A stretch of DNA of 64,000 nt, from assembly GCA_013239625.1 (NCBI GenBank), contig MU053482.1, positions 2,021,168 through 2,085,167 of the forward strand. The letters run 5' to 3'. The position numbers were made by a program, and so were the translations under genes. This DNA is from Lama guanicoe. Taxonomy: Eukaryota. A model generated the notes under the pieces. It saw nothing but the letters and a program-made list of their open reading frames with translations, had not been told where the DNA came from and made no database searches. Positions 12,906 to 26,827 of this stretch are shown here, one piece after another (the stretch's first letter is position 1; each line of letters begins with the position of its first letter).

Positions 12906-15440
12906 AGAAGAGAAGAACAGATTTTAAGGTCACCACTGTAACGTCCCTCTTTGCTAAATGTACTATCAGCAAAGATACTTTCTTTCAAAGAGAAAATTCA
13001 AAGAAATCTTAAATTTCAATTTAAAAGCAGGCCATATTCCTATCTTCTAAAATCAGAATAAAATTTCTATCTTCTAAAATTAGAATAAAAGTCTATACTT
13101 CTATAAAGAAAATCTTAAACCAAATATTCATGCCAAAATATACATTTCTACTCATATTTTTACAGGAATAATTCATAAAGCAACTGCTAAATGAAATGAA
13201 GTAAGAAATGGAATCTGAGCATAGGGTAGGCATTATAAGTCAGATGTAAAAAAGGTGATTATACAGTTGTTGTGACTCCTTAATCCATTCATACCATGTT
13301 AGAACCTCAAAAAGAACTGCAGCATTCAACAGGAAAGATTTTATGTTAACCTAAATCATCACTGGAGTAGATAAAAACCCTCAAAGAAAGATGGCTAAGC
13401 TTCTTCACAAATAATTCATTTCCAAATAAACAAGTATGTGGCTATGAATTACATGCTACTTGCACCTTTGACCTCCAGGCCACAAACCCTGTACAATGTT
13501 TTCTTCATAGGATAATAAACCCATAGAAGATCAGCAATGTAAGGAACCTTGAGTCACAGAGGTCTAGAGAAGTCCAAAGGAGTTCAACATGTGGCATCTG
13601 GGGCCTTATTGAGGATGCAGCCCTTTGCCAAATTTAGGAAAATCACCCAATTTATTAGCATACGTGAACTAGGAAGGCCTAACCAACCACCAGTGAGGAA
13701 CTAGAGAAGCTGACTGAACCTTGGAAATGTTGAGCTAGCTGGGTACAATGAAGCACCTAGAACAAAAGGGAAAACATGATTTCCATCATTCATCTGGGGG
13801 TGTTCATGCAACTAAATTTTGAAAATCAGATGCACTATATAAACTTAAAATGAAAAGGAAAAAAAATCAGCATAGATGTGTTCAAGGAGGTAGTCATTTT
13901 GCTATTAAGAGACACCTGCATTCCCAAAGCTCACTACCCTATGTAAAAATTCGGCCATAGAAAACACAGGCCTTAGCAGGAAATGCAGTTAGGGACACAA
14001 GACTCAAAAAATTTGTCAGAGACACATACACAAGAGATAGGAACCCAAGAAATATTATAGCACAATTTCATACATGTTAAATCATTAGGAAAACACATAA
14101 ATACGGCACCCTATCTCGAAAAAAGACCTGAGGCTGGCTTGTGGATGTGTTTGAAAGGCTGCAGCTTGTGAATTCACTGTTAAATGGTGGAGAGCAGTTT
14201 ATCTGAAATCAGAGGGAAGGTGTAACACAGCTGTGGGTGGGTGTGGCTCACAACACACAGTGATACTCCAGGTGGGTATATGTGTCCATTCTGTGTATTC
14301 CTATACAGCTTAGTGCAAATGGGAGCGATATTCTCTGTTCACCTGGTGTTTCCTGCTGACAAAATCATGCATAGGAAAACAGGAAATTCATTTATGCTCA
14401 AATTGTTTCCTAATATATCAATCACGCTGCAACAAATTCAAGCTTTCAAAACCAGTGTTAATAGCAGAACTGACTGTATGGGTATTTAGAATCAAACAAC
14501 CAGTGCCAGCTGGATACTGCAATCATTTCCCATTGCTCAAATGTCTTGAGCTCACAAGATTTTGAAGAACCACAGAGTCTTTAATAGAAAAAAGTCACAA
14601 ATCCTAAATAGATTTGTATAAATCATATGGCCAAACACTAGAAAATGTTGGAGTCTGCTAGGCTCCATGAAAATACAATCTTCCTCATAAAATCATTGCC
14701 TTTAAAGCAATGAGTAAATAGTGACGTAAAATCTAAGCATCACTGGTAAATACAGCATTGGATGAAATCTAGTTTTTGCTCAGCAATTCCAGATCCTCTC
14801 TTCCTGTCACCATGATTCTTCTCATTAGCACACCTCCTCGCATTTTCTCTCAGGCTTCAGCAGCCATTACTACGATAACCAAGGCACAAAGCCAACACAC
14901 TGGCATAGCTGAATTCACAGACATTAGAATAGCACTGTTCCTGCCCTTGGTGCTAGTTTCTAGGTTGGTATCACAACAATGGTCACTTAGTGAAAACAAC
15001 GTTTGTGAACAGATCCCATTTTCACTTGGTTTTAACTGGGAAAATCCAACCTCTAGGAGGAATGTCTGAACCTCTATTTACAGCACTTATCAAGCATTCC
15101 ACAGGTCGTAAGCATCAAGGGCACTCAGTTCAGTGCTTTATACAAAACAGAGGCTTCCTTAATTTTGTTGAATAAATGATAGTTCAACTTACTTGATTTG
15201 CTTTGCTATTTATCCAAAATTATTTTTTTCCCAAAATTATTTTAGTAAGATAAAATTCTATTTTCAAAAGCAGCATTGTCACCAGTCACTACTAGTCAAA
15301 GATTATTTTTGTTTGTTTTTAATTACTATAAAATTAAAAGGTGATTGTTTTATTAAAAAATTGGAAGAGTCCAGAGGGTACAAAATGAAAATAAAAGATC
15401 ACAGCACCTCCATTCTCCACCTCAGAGAGAACTCATTTTA

Positions 15441-16238
15441 TTTATTTACTTTTTTATTGAAGTATAGTTGATTTACAACATTGTCTTAGTTTCTGGTGTA
15501 CAGAAAAGTGATCCAGATATATGTGTGTGTGTATATTTTATATATATATATATATATACACACATACATATACATACATACATACACATATTCTTTTTCA
15601 TATTCTTTCCTATTATGGCTTATTACAGGATATTGAATATAGTTCCCTGTGCTATACAGGAGAACCTTGTTGTTTACCTACTTTATATATAGCAGTTTGT
15701 ATCTGCTAATCCCAAACTCCTAATTTATCCCTCCCTTAACTCTTTTCCCCTTTGGTAACCATAAGTTTGTTTTCTATGTTTGTGAGCCTGTTTCCACTTC
15801 ATAAATAAGTTCATTTGTGTCATATTTTAGATTCCACATATAAGTGATATCATATGATATTTTTCTTTCTCTTTCTGGCTTACTTCACTTAGAATGACAA
15901 TCTCCAGGTCCATTCATGTTGCTGCAAATGGCATTTTATTTTTTTCTGGCTGAGTAGTAATTCCATTGTACACATATACCACATCTGCTTTATCCAATCA
16001 TCTGTCAATGGACATTAAGGTTGCTTCTACGTCTTGGCTGTTGTAAATAACATTGCTATGAATGTTGGGGTGTATGTATCTCTTCTAATTAGAGTTTCCT
16101 CCAGATGTATGCCCAGGAGGGGGCTTACCAGATCATATGGCAAGTCTTTTTTTAGTTTTTTAAGGAACTTCCATACTGTTCTTCATAATGGCTGCACCAA
16201 ATTACATTCCCACCAACAGTGTAGGAGGGTTCCCTTTT
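15441..16238 (-). mobile_element. 5'-truncated L1 with 18-bp TSD
   Basis: Reverse L1 3' UTR/ORF2 end; flanked by cagagagaact(c/a)atttta at 15423-15440 and 16239-16256. Confidence 0.92.
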
Positions 16239-16259
16239 CAGAGAGAACTAATTTTAATG

Positions 16260-17270
16260 GTTCTCATATAACATTCTAGAAATTTTCTATGCATATATGT
16301 AAGAATAAATTATATATTTTTTTAGCAAATAAGATCATACTATATCTATTCTCATAAAACTTACTTTTTTTCCTAAATATAGCCTGGCTGTTTTTCTGTT
16401 ATCAGTACATATATTTATATAACTTTTGTTTCAGTGGCTATGTAATATTCCAAGGTATATAAATACTTTAAAGTATGATTATTTATTTGAAGTATAGTTG
16501 GTTGGCTTACAATGTTGTGTTAGTTTCAGGTGACTTCAGTGACTCATAGCAAAGTGACTCAGTTATATATACATATATTTTTTTTTCTTTCTTGACTCTT
16601 ATCGATAGACAAGTAAATTGCTCCCAAGTTGTTTCTATTATAAGCAATGCTATAAACAACGTCCTATTGCATGTATCTTTGTACCCAAAGATAAATACAT
16701 TTGTAGAATATATTCTTAGATGTAACACTGCAGAGATAAAATGTATGAGCAGTTGTAATTTCGAAAAGTGCCAAACTGTCCTCAAGAAGGGATATGAGAA
16801 TGCCTATTTTATCATATCCTTTCCTCCATTATTTTCGAAGTTTTCCATCTTCGTCAATTTGATAAATGAAAAATGGCAACCTATTTTAATTTCTACCTCT
16901 TTAATTATAGGTGAGACTAAGTATCTTTTCAAATTTTTATTGTTTTTATTTTCCTATAAAATGTGTGTTCATATCAGTTACCCATTTTTATACTGGGTTG
17001 CTCATATTTTCTTGCTGACTTACCAGTGATCCATGAATATTAACAACATCAATCCTTCTTTTGTCAAATATTTTGCAATTATTCTAACCCACCTGAGTAT
17101 TTGTTCATTGTTTCTTATCATGGTGATTGTGGCATGCAAATGCCCTTACTTTTTATGAAGTCAAATTATTAATCTTTTCCTCAATGGTCTCTGGGTTTAA
17201 AGTTATACTTAGGAAGACCTTTCTCTGTCCTGAGATTATAAAACTATTTGCCCATATTTTCTCCTTATAA
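16260..17270 (-). mobile_element. Old L1 (L1ME-like) 3' region
   Basis: Reverse L1 text (gtgccaaactgtcctcaag, tcaaattattaatcttttcc, atacttaggaagacctt). Confidence 0.65.
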
Positions 17271-17520
17271 TAATAATAAATAATCATAGGTAATTTTTAG
17301 ATTACTCTGGGCCAGGTATTGTTCTGAGCATTTCACATACATTACTGCATTTAATCCTTACAACTAGCTTGGTAGGTGGGTATTGCCATTATCATCATGA
17401 TACAGGTGAAGATTCTGTGACTGCAGATGAGGCTTAAACTTTTCTGAGATTACACAGCTGGTATGTGGCAGTGCCAAGGTTTCAATTCAGACCAGTAAAG
17501 TCATCAACTTTAAGCTATAT
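17270..17520 (-). mobile_element. MIR SINE
   Basis: gccaggtattgttctgagcatttcacatac...catttaatccttacaac...acaggtgaagattctg. Confidence 0.8.
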
Positions 17521-20500
17521 TACTGTTTTCTCTGACTCTCTCACCACTAAGAAAAATGAGTTTACACACTTATGCATACTTTCACCTCTTCTATCCTCCC
17601 CACCTTGCATTTGTTAATTCCTTTTTCATTATTAATTGTATAGCCTTTACACTTATTTGTTTTCATCATATGTACAGTTATTTAGATTTGACTTTAGTTC
17701 CATATTTAAATGGATTTCACATACCCTGCCAATCCTTTCATATATCTGCCTCTTCACTCCCAAGTTCTTTTTTCTCATTTGTCACTTAGACTAATTTTAT
17801 TCATGAGGCAGTTTTTCAGGAGCTAGATCTTGAATGTTTGAGAATTTCATTTGTTACTTTTATATAGAAACCACTGCTTGACTAGGTTTCAAGTCTGCCC
17901 ACATATATTCAACCAAAGCTCTAGAGGCACTGCTCCCCTGCCTCCTGGCTTTGACTGTCACCATGATGTCTGAGGACAGTCTGATTTTCCCCCTTCTGGT
18001 GACTTGCTTTTCCTGCCTAGATGCCTATAAGATCCTTTTCTTAACCTTGAAGTACACTAACTTTACTACTACATGCTTACTTGGTATTAATCATCCCGTC
18101 TCAGTTTTACCTGGAACTGTGTATCCTTTTGATCTACAGATGATGAATTTCCTTGATCTCTGATGGTGTTTTCCTCCATTCTGTATCTAAATATTTTCTG
18201 TCCATTTGCTCGGCTCTCTTTATCAGGTACACCAATAATGCATATGTTGGTTCTTCTCTGCCTGTCTTTATTATCAACATTATATTAGATAGAATGCTTA
18301 GTTGCAAGCCTATGGCAGAAGCCTAACTTGAACTAGCTTAGATAAAAGGATTGTATTAAAAGGACACTAGAATATCTCATATAACTCCAGGAAATGCATG
18401 AAGAGCAGCATATCTTCAGGGACAACTAGAACCACAGGCTTGAACACTACCACCACCAGGCCTGTTTATCTCAACCAGGAGTGTTTCTTTGTCTTGTATG
18501 TCTTCTTCTATGTGTTGACTTGGCTCTTACAGACAGACCAACTGCCTTCACAAGGTAAGAAACACAGCTGGCCACAGCTCCAAAGTCTCACATCCCATGA
18601 TCCTCACTAGTGAGTGACTGCCCTGCTTTCCTTAATTCCAAGTGTTAAAAATTCTATGTTCCTTTCAAATTATTTAAGTGAACATAGATGCATTTTTCTG
18701 AAACTATTGTTTCCCCAAATAATTCTTAATCTGAAATATATTTCATCTGTATGCTTAGAGAAAAGCAGCTTAGTCAACTTTGGTTTGCTACTTATTGCTT
18801 ATTCTTTTCTGCTTGTTTTATTCTGGTCAACTTCTACAAAGCTCAGTGTCATCTCTTCTCCCTCATTTCACTATAGGTTAAAAGTCAAATAGAAAACAAT
18901 GCTATCCCCTTAGCCTTATCTCTCCCCCTATCCTAAGATATGGAACTGGCTCCCTTGGGGTCTTCCAGTTTTTCACATGGCCTGCTCCAATTTGTATACC
19001 TCAAAGGATGGGGCACCCAGGGCCCTCCACTTGCTTTCAGTGAAATTTACAATGTTTACAATCTAAAGAGGTGTGTACTAGGTTTTAGCATCCTCCCTTG
19101 ATTTGATCCATATTTCACTATACTTCTTAGATACCAGTCCATAGCTTGGAATTGAGCTCTTTCCCAGTTACATCAAATTTTTGTCTTTGGATTTCATTCT
19201 GTTTGTTGAATTTAAATTAGTTTCATGACAGGAACTAGTTAGCATGCCTTTACTTTTCTAAATATCTTCTGCATTTGTAGACGTAATAGTCACTTAAAAT
19301 TCTACTTTGGAAAATTTATAATCCATTCATTCATCAAATATGCATGGAATGTTAACTATGTGTAAGACACTTTAAGAGGCACTGAAGATACATCAATGAA
19401 GAAAGCGGAAACAGTTCTGACCCTCTTGGAATTTATATTGCAATGAGGAAGACAGACATTTAAACAAATAATCACAAGGATAATATCTCAATAAGTGAGT
19501 AAAAAGGTGGTTGTTAAGGCAGAGATTAAGTAAAGTGCCCTAGAGATATAGATTAAATTATTTAACACTCTCTGAGTTGCTTCTCAGTATGGGGAGAGTC
19601 AAAGTCTCCTTGAAGCTTATTTTATTTATTTTGTGAAGTCATGTAAGTTGCCTCCCTTAGAGACAGACTGCAAGATGAGGAAGTACTCTATATCTGGGTA
19701 TAACAGGACCTTTCTTGGGTGTCTAACTTAAAATAACTACCTTTTTTTTCTTATATGCAAAGCCCACAAGCCTTCTGGGAGTATTCCTTAGGATTCAAGG
19801 TGAGGGAAACCATTGGGGTAAACCTGACATGGCACTGACCAGAGCCTTCTGGCAAGAAAGGATGCAGATATCACCAAAAGAGTACTTGCTAGGTGGGAGC
19901 TGTCTGAGTTGGTGACCCAAGTTCAAGCCAGCCCAAGGGTTTATGGAGGAAAGGGGACTCTAGCCCAGCCTATAACCACCATAATAGAAGATTATGCTTG
20001 AAGAACAATGAGTGAGTATATGAATATAAACAAATGATACATTCTGCAATGATATTAATGACAGTTTGCCCTGACCAGTCTTCAACATCAACACTCTTTT
20101 TCAGCAACAGCTATATTGTACTTACCAGATTTCCAGTTCACTCCCTATCTGGGGCGTGAACATCTAGGTTCTTAGACAACATACAAAGTGAAGGGAGGGT
20201 CCTCAAAAAGGAGACACTGACACTGACCTTCCTGGCAAAAAACAAACAAACAAACAAACAAAAAAAACATATAGAAAATAATGCCATCAACTTGATAACT
20301 GAAAGAGATATGACTACATTGGGATTTCTCTGAAAGAGTGACACTTGAGCAGAGATCAGAAGGAAAACAAGCAGTTATCTTATTGCAAAGAATGCATTCC
20401 AAAAGGAAGACCTAGGAAGGAACCTCGCAGATTTGAAGAAATTAAAAAGAGTCAGCATGACTGGACTGTGAAGAGAGCTTTGTAATCTGCGTTAAATATT

Positions 20501-20829
20501 TGAAGCTTTATCTTAAGAGCACTGCAAAGTAATCATTAAGTTTTAAGAGTGATGTCATCAGATTTGTATCTGTAAAATGTAACTTTAGTTGGAGGAAGTA
20601 AGAGAATAAAAGTGAGAATGAGTAGGAAAGCCAGCTGAGAAGCTGTCTGAGGAAGCAGGTGGGCGCTGGTGCAAGCAGGTTTATAGATTTGGCTTCAGGG
20701 AACTCCCACCAAATGTCTTCCTTCTCTATGATACAGCAAGTGGAAGGCAGGGTTGTCTTTGGGCATTCATGGGATGCAAGGCATGAGTGAATTCAATCCC
20801 AAAAGCCTCTTGGAGGAAAGTGGGTACTC

Positions 20830-21048
20830 TGGCTTTACAGAATTCTGCTAAAGGTTTAGAAGAGAATTCTGGCACTTGTGGATCCAGTGCTACACTATAC
20901 TGCTAGGTTAAGAATTCCATATTATTTTGTCAAAATAAATCAAAGTTTTACCCAAGAGATTAAAAGCTATATAAAGAAAAGAGCTTTCCATTTGCTTGCC
21001 CTTGTACAGAATCTGGATGTTCTCTTCCTCAGTATCACCTTCAAGCAA
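20830..21048 (-). pseudogene. Candidate pseudo-exon (C-terminal region)
   Basis: Polypyrimidine acceptor ttctctcactttttccctctgaag|; open LLEGDTEEENIQILYKGKQMESSFLYIAFNLLGKTLIYFDKIIWNS. A further short block with a ctg|gtaagt donor lies at 20126-20163. Confidence 0.4.
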
Positions 21049-21924
21049 CTTCAGAGGGAAAAAGTGAGAGAACTTGGGAAATACTTTTGCAGTTGACCAC
21101 AGACAGACCCTGGCTAGACCACAAGAAAAGAGGGCCTTATTAAAAGCATTCTTAGCCGATGGCCCTTTCACCATTTACCAGTCACTTAGGTCAAAAAACA
21201 AAAGATAAATGCTATTCCCCAGGTCCAGTGCCACCATCAACATGGAGGAAATGATGAAAGCCCTAGATTATAGGGGAAATTCAGCAACGGGTGCCTTTGG
21301 GAGAAGAAAGCTGACATTCTGTCCTCATCCCTTCAAAAACATATCCCAAGCAGAAAGAGATCTAGGATCAAAGCTATCTTTAAAGGACTAAAAGGTCTCA
21401 GAAGCACTGCTGCCTGCAGGTGTAAAAATAAAGTGACAAAAGTATACTGACAGACCAAATTAGTGATCCCTAAACTTCCTTTCAGGTTGGCCCACTACTC
21501 TTCCTATTAAGACTGTAGAAAGTCCTTGAGAGGGCACCTCCAGTAGTGTCATTTATGAAAAACCAAGGCAACAGAGAGAACACCTAGTAAGATAATTAGT
21601 GGATTTTAGGAGAGGGAAAAAAAAACAACAAAGTAGCGAGAAGTACAAGGGATAGCTTCCCCACCACCTAATCACTGCCACATGAAGAAATAGGTCTTTA
21701 CTGTGGTTTATAGGCAAAGGTTAAAAAACTTCACATTTTTAACAAAAATATCCCCACCCCCATCTCCCTGGAAGTTATAACCCTCTACTTTTATTATAAT
21801 TGGGGTTTACCTGTGGGGTTAATTTCCCATTGGCTGTAAGCCTCTGACAATCTCTACACTGCAGGCAGCATAAAACTGGGGCAGAAAAGAAATACCTTCT
21901 GCATCAGGAAGCAGACTTTCATAG

Positions 21925-22110
21925 CTGGAGTCACAAAGCCCTGAGTTCAAATCTCAGTTCTACTATTTACAAGCTATATGATTCCAGGAGCAAGTTACTG
22001 AAACTCTCTGAGCCTCAGCCACCTTGTTTACAGAATAAGATTATTATAAAGTGAACATGAGATAACATAGTCTCTTAGCACAGTACCTGACACACAATAA
22101 GTACATAATA
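21925..22110 (+). mobile_element. MIR SINE
   Basis: ctgagttcaaatctcagttctactatttac...caagttact...ctctctgagcctcag. Confidence 0.8.
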
Positions 22111-22789
22111 AGGGGAAGGTACTTAGAATTAGAAATCATAAACTCTCATCTTCATATTCTTTTGTTCTTCGCTGCTGCCTTTGAAGAATTCTCTGGTCTT
22201 AGATGCCACTTGTCTACCTGGAACCCCAATATCCTGTCTTGCTTCTGCCTGTCTGTCTCTATCTACGGGACTCTCATGTCCCTTGCTCTCCCAACAACCC
22301 CTGGATGAAACTTATTATCTAACCAGACCTAACAACTCTGCTGACCCGCCCCTCCTGTGTAACTTCCTGCCTTGGCCTCCTCTTCTGCGTGTTGCCTTTC
22401 ATCTCCAGTGTGACAAATCTGGAGTCAAGTCAGATTGTTTCCATTAGTTTGAAGCCTGCCTAAAGGGCTTTATTTAACCTACAGTAGCCAGAACCATTAA
22501 CTTACACATAACTAACATCATTGGTCAACTGATAAATCACTCTGTACTCAGGACCATGCTAAACTCCCAGAATAATGGTATTTGATCCCTCCAAAATATG
22601 ACTCTCCCCATTTACAACCACAGAAGTTGCCTCAAAATGTTGCTTCTAAATGAAGACTCTTGGTTTCTGCATCTTAACTCAATACCTTGTTATTTTCAAA
22701 ACTAGAAAGCTGAGAAATAAAAGTCTCTAGGCTAATTTTTTAAAAAATTTCTTAGACGTATAATCACCTTAAAATAACCAGAGTATCTA

Positions 22790-23065
22790 TTAATGAACAC
22801 TAAATAACTTCACTATTTCATTACTCTCAGGGTATATTCTAAGCCCTGGACTGAGTTAAATGAATCAAGAAAAGGAATCTGGTTACTAGTAACCCAAAAT
22901 TGGTTTAATGTTTAATGCGTAGTTAGTTTAGAGGCAATAAAGAAAGGTCAAGGTCATTAGCCTTTCTGTGCCAAATATCCGCTCACAGGACATCTTGACT
23001 AAATTCTGCAAATACAATCTATTGAGCCAATATTGGGTCCTATAATAGTCATATAAGCTTTTACT
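22790..23065 (-). pseudogene. Pseudo-exon with kinesin-light-chain/NPHP3-type TPR remnant
   Basis: Reads LYLQNLVKMSCERIFGTERLMTLTFLYCL, matching the TPR_10/12 signature 'ER+LG.EH..TL..L..L'; acceptor cattttatag; 3' boundary approximate. Confidence 0.6.
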
Positions 23066-23364
23066 ACTATAAAATGACTCTTTGATTACACTTATAATTC
23101 AAAAATTACTCTACTACTCAAATCTCTTTCACAGCATACTTCTTTAATTCAGTACACTTGAAATTTTTCACTTTCAAGAGCAGAAAGATAATATTTATAT
23201 TGCCAGGTGGTAGACTGACCTCTAGTGGAAATTAGAGAAATTACTAAACAAGCTTCTTGGCAAGGTCCCTAACAGAGAGAGTTGTCTAACTTACTATATT
23301 GTTAAAACAGAGTTTAAAACACTGAATAAAATTTACTTGGGATTTCTTATTCGATCCAATCTAG

Positions 23365-23575
23365 GCAGAATAGAAGAGGGTTAAGAGCAGAGACTCTGGT
23401 TCATATCTCATCTCTGTCACTTTCCAGCTGTTTGTCTCAGTTTCCCCACCTGTAAATGGGGAAGAACTACCTACCTCACAGGGTTGACGTGAAGATTAAA
23501 TGAGTCAGTGTATGAAAAGTCTCTAGAACATTGTGTGTTACATAGATAAGTGATATAAGATTATTGGTTATTATG
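23365..23575 (+). mobile_element. MIR SINE
   Basis: ggttaagagcagagactctgg...ctcagtttccccacctgtaaatggg...cctacctcacagggttg. Confidence 0.8.
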
Positions 23576-24899
23576 ATCTGTAGCTAGAAGAGATTATAGC
23601 TGGAGGCAAGTCATAATTTCAGAGGATATGAAGAAAAGCAAAAGAGTCCTGGTAGGAACACATTTTTTAGGGATTAGGCTGTAACACAGCAGTACAGCAT
23701 CAACTCAGTTTGTCCTCCCACTTCCAGACGTATGTGAGCTGCGCCTGAAGGTAACAGAACCCAGGGGGACTTCAGATGCAAGTGAACCATACGTGGATAA
23801 CATTTTGTGGGAAATATTGGGAAGACTTCTTGTTGTCCCCACACAAGCATGATGAAGAACACCACACACTATTTTAAACTAAAACACTTACAGCTCCAGC
23901 CCCCGGATCTTTCAGACTTTGGGCTCTATTATATGTAATGTCTACAGCGCGTACAATTAGTACCTTGCTCCATGCTCAATCATCATCAGGCTCAGACTCC
24001 CTGACTCACACACGTAGCACTTTTCTACAATCAAGATATTCATTGATTGGGCTGAAACCGCAGAATTCTAACTTTTTAAAACAACATTCTACTGCATCTA
24101 TCTAATTAAACAACTAAAAGATGCCTTCCTACAAAGTTAATAATATAATTTCCACCTCTTTTTCCAAGGAAAGCCCAAATCAGTAATTATTTTCAGCTGA
24201 AAGAAGTGCCCATAAAATTGAAAAATGATCTATAATTCCCAGGTACTTCTTTACCACAAATAATTGTCATCCAGAGCAAAATGGCTTGTTTTTCTCATAA
24301 AACAATATGATTGTTCTAATAAAGTGAATATAGTTCTCAGTTATTTCTATCACTGTCCTGAGGTATCCTAATTTATTTCAGTTAATTCAAGTTTTTTATT
24401 CTGTGAACACTCCAAATTGAAATTAAAAGTTGCAATTCAGTTATTCAATACAAACACAAACCCATTAAAATGACATAAAAGTTCCTCTAAGATCTTATTC
24501 ATTACATTTCCATGTATTTACTACAAGAGAGTAAAAAGGACCAATTTATGTAATTGAAACCATAAATTGCGGATAATGTTTCATATATGTAAAACCACAA
24601 CTCAGAAATAATTACAAAAATGAATACTGCAATATGGTTAGGTAAATTCTAGAAAACATCATAAATACTGTAATATAATTCTTTCTGTAATTTAAAGTCA
24701 CCAAGAAATGTAACACTATTAAAGCATATAATATTTGAAGATAACAGCAAAAACCAGGCTATTTGAAGCTTTTGGAAAATTCAAGTTTATTTGTAAATAT
24801 AAAAGCAATAAAGCTACTCTTCTACAGTATTTGATATTTCACTAAGCACAGTGCCATAAAAATTGTGTCCCTGAATATGTCCCTAATAACTGTCTAGAA

Positions 24900-25127
24900 T
24901 ATATAATGTAACAGAAGGAATATCAATTCCGATACTACAGAAGAGAAAGCTCATCTTCTTATACATCTTCTGTAGACAAACTTAATCAATGATATGCTTG
25001 CTGTGTTTTTTTGTTGTTGTTTCTTATACAAAAATCCACATTTATATTTCTTAGGATTGAAACAGTAACAATTCAGTTCTACCAAAGATGTCAAAATAGA
25101 CAAGGTAACCATGTACCCGTCACAGAT
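24900..25127 (-). pseudogene. Candidate pseudo-exon (TPR region)
   Basis: Acceptor tacttttctttag|atctgt; reads ICDGYMVTLSILTSLVELNCYCFNPKKYKCGFLYKK. Needs a frameshift relative to the previous exon; 3' boundary unclear. Confidence 0.35.
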
Positions 25128-25299
25128 CTAAAGAAAAGTATTTATTAGTATATTTTCTTTTTAGAAATTAAAAGATATGAAAGTTCAAATAGAATAATAA
25201 AACCCAGCTCTCCTAAGGAATACCTTCTAGAGAAGGCCTACAGGATGACTGTGAAGAAACACCACAAGGCATGGATTTACCAAGGTCTGCTCTGTGATT

Positions 25300-26640
25300 C
25301 TCAATCTTGCTGAACATTTTATAGAAACTGGCAAACTGATTCCAGAATCTATTTGTAAAGATAAAGGTCCCAGAAAAGTCAAAATAATACTAAAAAAGAA
25401 AAAAGCTAGAGAACTCACATTACCTGGTTTCAAGACTCAGAAATTAAGACACTGGGGTACTGGGGTAAGGACGGACAGATCAATGGAACAGGACAGAGGT
25501 CAACGAATTTTCAACAGGAGTAACAAAGTAACTCAATGAGTAAGTAAAGTCTTTTCAACAAAGGTGCTGAAACAACTATCTATACATTCAGGATAAAAAA
25601 ATGTAACTTCAATTCCCATCTTCCATAACATACAAACATTAACTTGAAATGGGTGATATGCACAAATGAGAGTTAAAACCAAAGGCTTTTAGAAGAAAAT
25701 ATAGAATATTTTAATGACATTCAGATAAGTTAAAGATTTCTTTGAAAGAACATAGAAAGCATTAGTCATACAAGAAAAACTGATAAATTAGACTTCATCA
25801 AAATTAAAAACTTCTGCTCCTCAAAGAACACCAATAAGAAAATGAAAAGGCAAGCCACAGACTGGGAGAAAAATATTTATAATACATGTATTTAACAAAG
25901 GACTTGTATCTAGAATGATAAAGCACTCCTATAACTCAATAATAAAAGCATATAGTTTATTGTATGTCAATTATATCTCAATAAAGCTGTTAAAAATACA
26001 CACACATACACACACATAAACACACACTGGAGATTTCTACTTACAGTCAAGATGGACTAACAGGTGGCAGATTTACCCTTCTGCCTTAAAGTGACACAGA
26101 ATTGGACAAAATATATGAGACAACAGTTTTCAGATATCACACAACAGACAATACAGGATTGAATTAGCTGGGAGAAGGAAAACAAACACAGTGAGTTCTA
26201 CACACTTCCAGCTTACTGCCTAGAAGCAGTTTCCAGAATGCAGCACAAGGAGGGGAACCCCCCTCCAAAAAAGGCCCAGCGGTACAGGTTATTTGAAGGA
26301 GGAAAATCACAAAAGGAAAGCTCCCCAGAGATTTACAGAAAGGTCTGTGTGAGTCTCTGGCTAAGTGCTGACATGCACATGTGTGAGCTACCCAACACAG
26401 ATAAAGCTGGAAGACATTAGGCTATGTGAAATCAACCAGATACAGAAGGACAAACACTGTATGATTCCACTTAGCTGAAATATCTAGAATGGGCAAATTC
26501 AGAGAGACAGAAAGTAGATTAGAAGTTACCATGGGCTTGGGGGAAGAGAGTATGGGAAGTTATTGCTTAATGGTTATGGAGTTTCTTCTGGGGTGATAAC
26601 AAATGTCTTGGAAATTCATACCAGTGATCACAATTTGCAT
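25300..26640 (+). mobile_element. Composite of old L1 fragments (ORF2, 5' region, L1MB-type 3' end)
   Basis: gataaattagacttcatcaaaattaaaaacttctgctcctcaaag...caagccacagactgggagaaaa; tatgtcaattatatctcaataaagctg; ttattgcttaatggttatggagtttcttctggggtgat. Confidence 0.8.
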
Positions 26641-26725
26641 GAACAACAAAAGAACAGTCTACTTTCGGAGGTGCTCTCTCTCGTTCAAAGCAAGAATTAC
26701 GACCAACAATCAAGAAAGTGTGCTC

Positions 26726-26827
26726 CTGTATATATGTCCATGAATGACTGAAAAATTGTGCTGAACACTGGAATTTGACACAACATTGTAAAATGATTAT
26801 AAATCAATAAAAAATGTTAAAAAAAAA
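26726..26827 (+). mobile_element. Very short young L1 3' tail with 14-bp TSD
   Basis: Near-identical to the 3' ends at ~32170-32268 and ~50275-50380; TSD aagaaagtgt(g/t)ctc at 26712-26725 and 26828-26841. Confidence 0.88.

Larger units (their letters stand above)
6790..14924 (-). pseudogene. Candidate second decayed gene: secreted protein with EYS-N-terminus-like block and EGF-like remnant
   Basis: 14924-14860: MSVNSAMPVCWLCALVIVVMAAEA (signal-peptide-like). From acceptor tattaaag| at 14578: SCELKTFEQWEMIAVSSWHWLFDSKYPYSQFCY*HWF...CQQETPGEQRISLPFALSCIGIHRM. At 11270-11452: ETDLKACLDNA/FDCFGFPKCM with a gtaagt donor. Further unique exon-like blocks at ~7300-7590 and ~6790-6930. Confidence 0.38.

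Noticed and set aside
13930..14924. Calling the block EYS itself
   Set aside because: Similarity is far too low for a mammalian ortholog, and the compact setting beside another fossil gene does not fit the very large EYS locus.
16592..17029. 145-aa ORF
   Set aside because: Lies within an old antisense L1; hydrophobic T-rich chance ORF.
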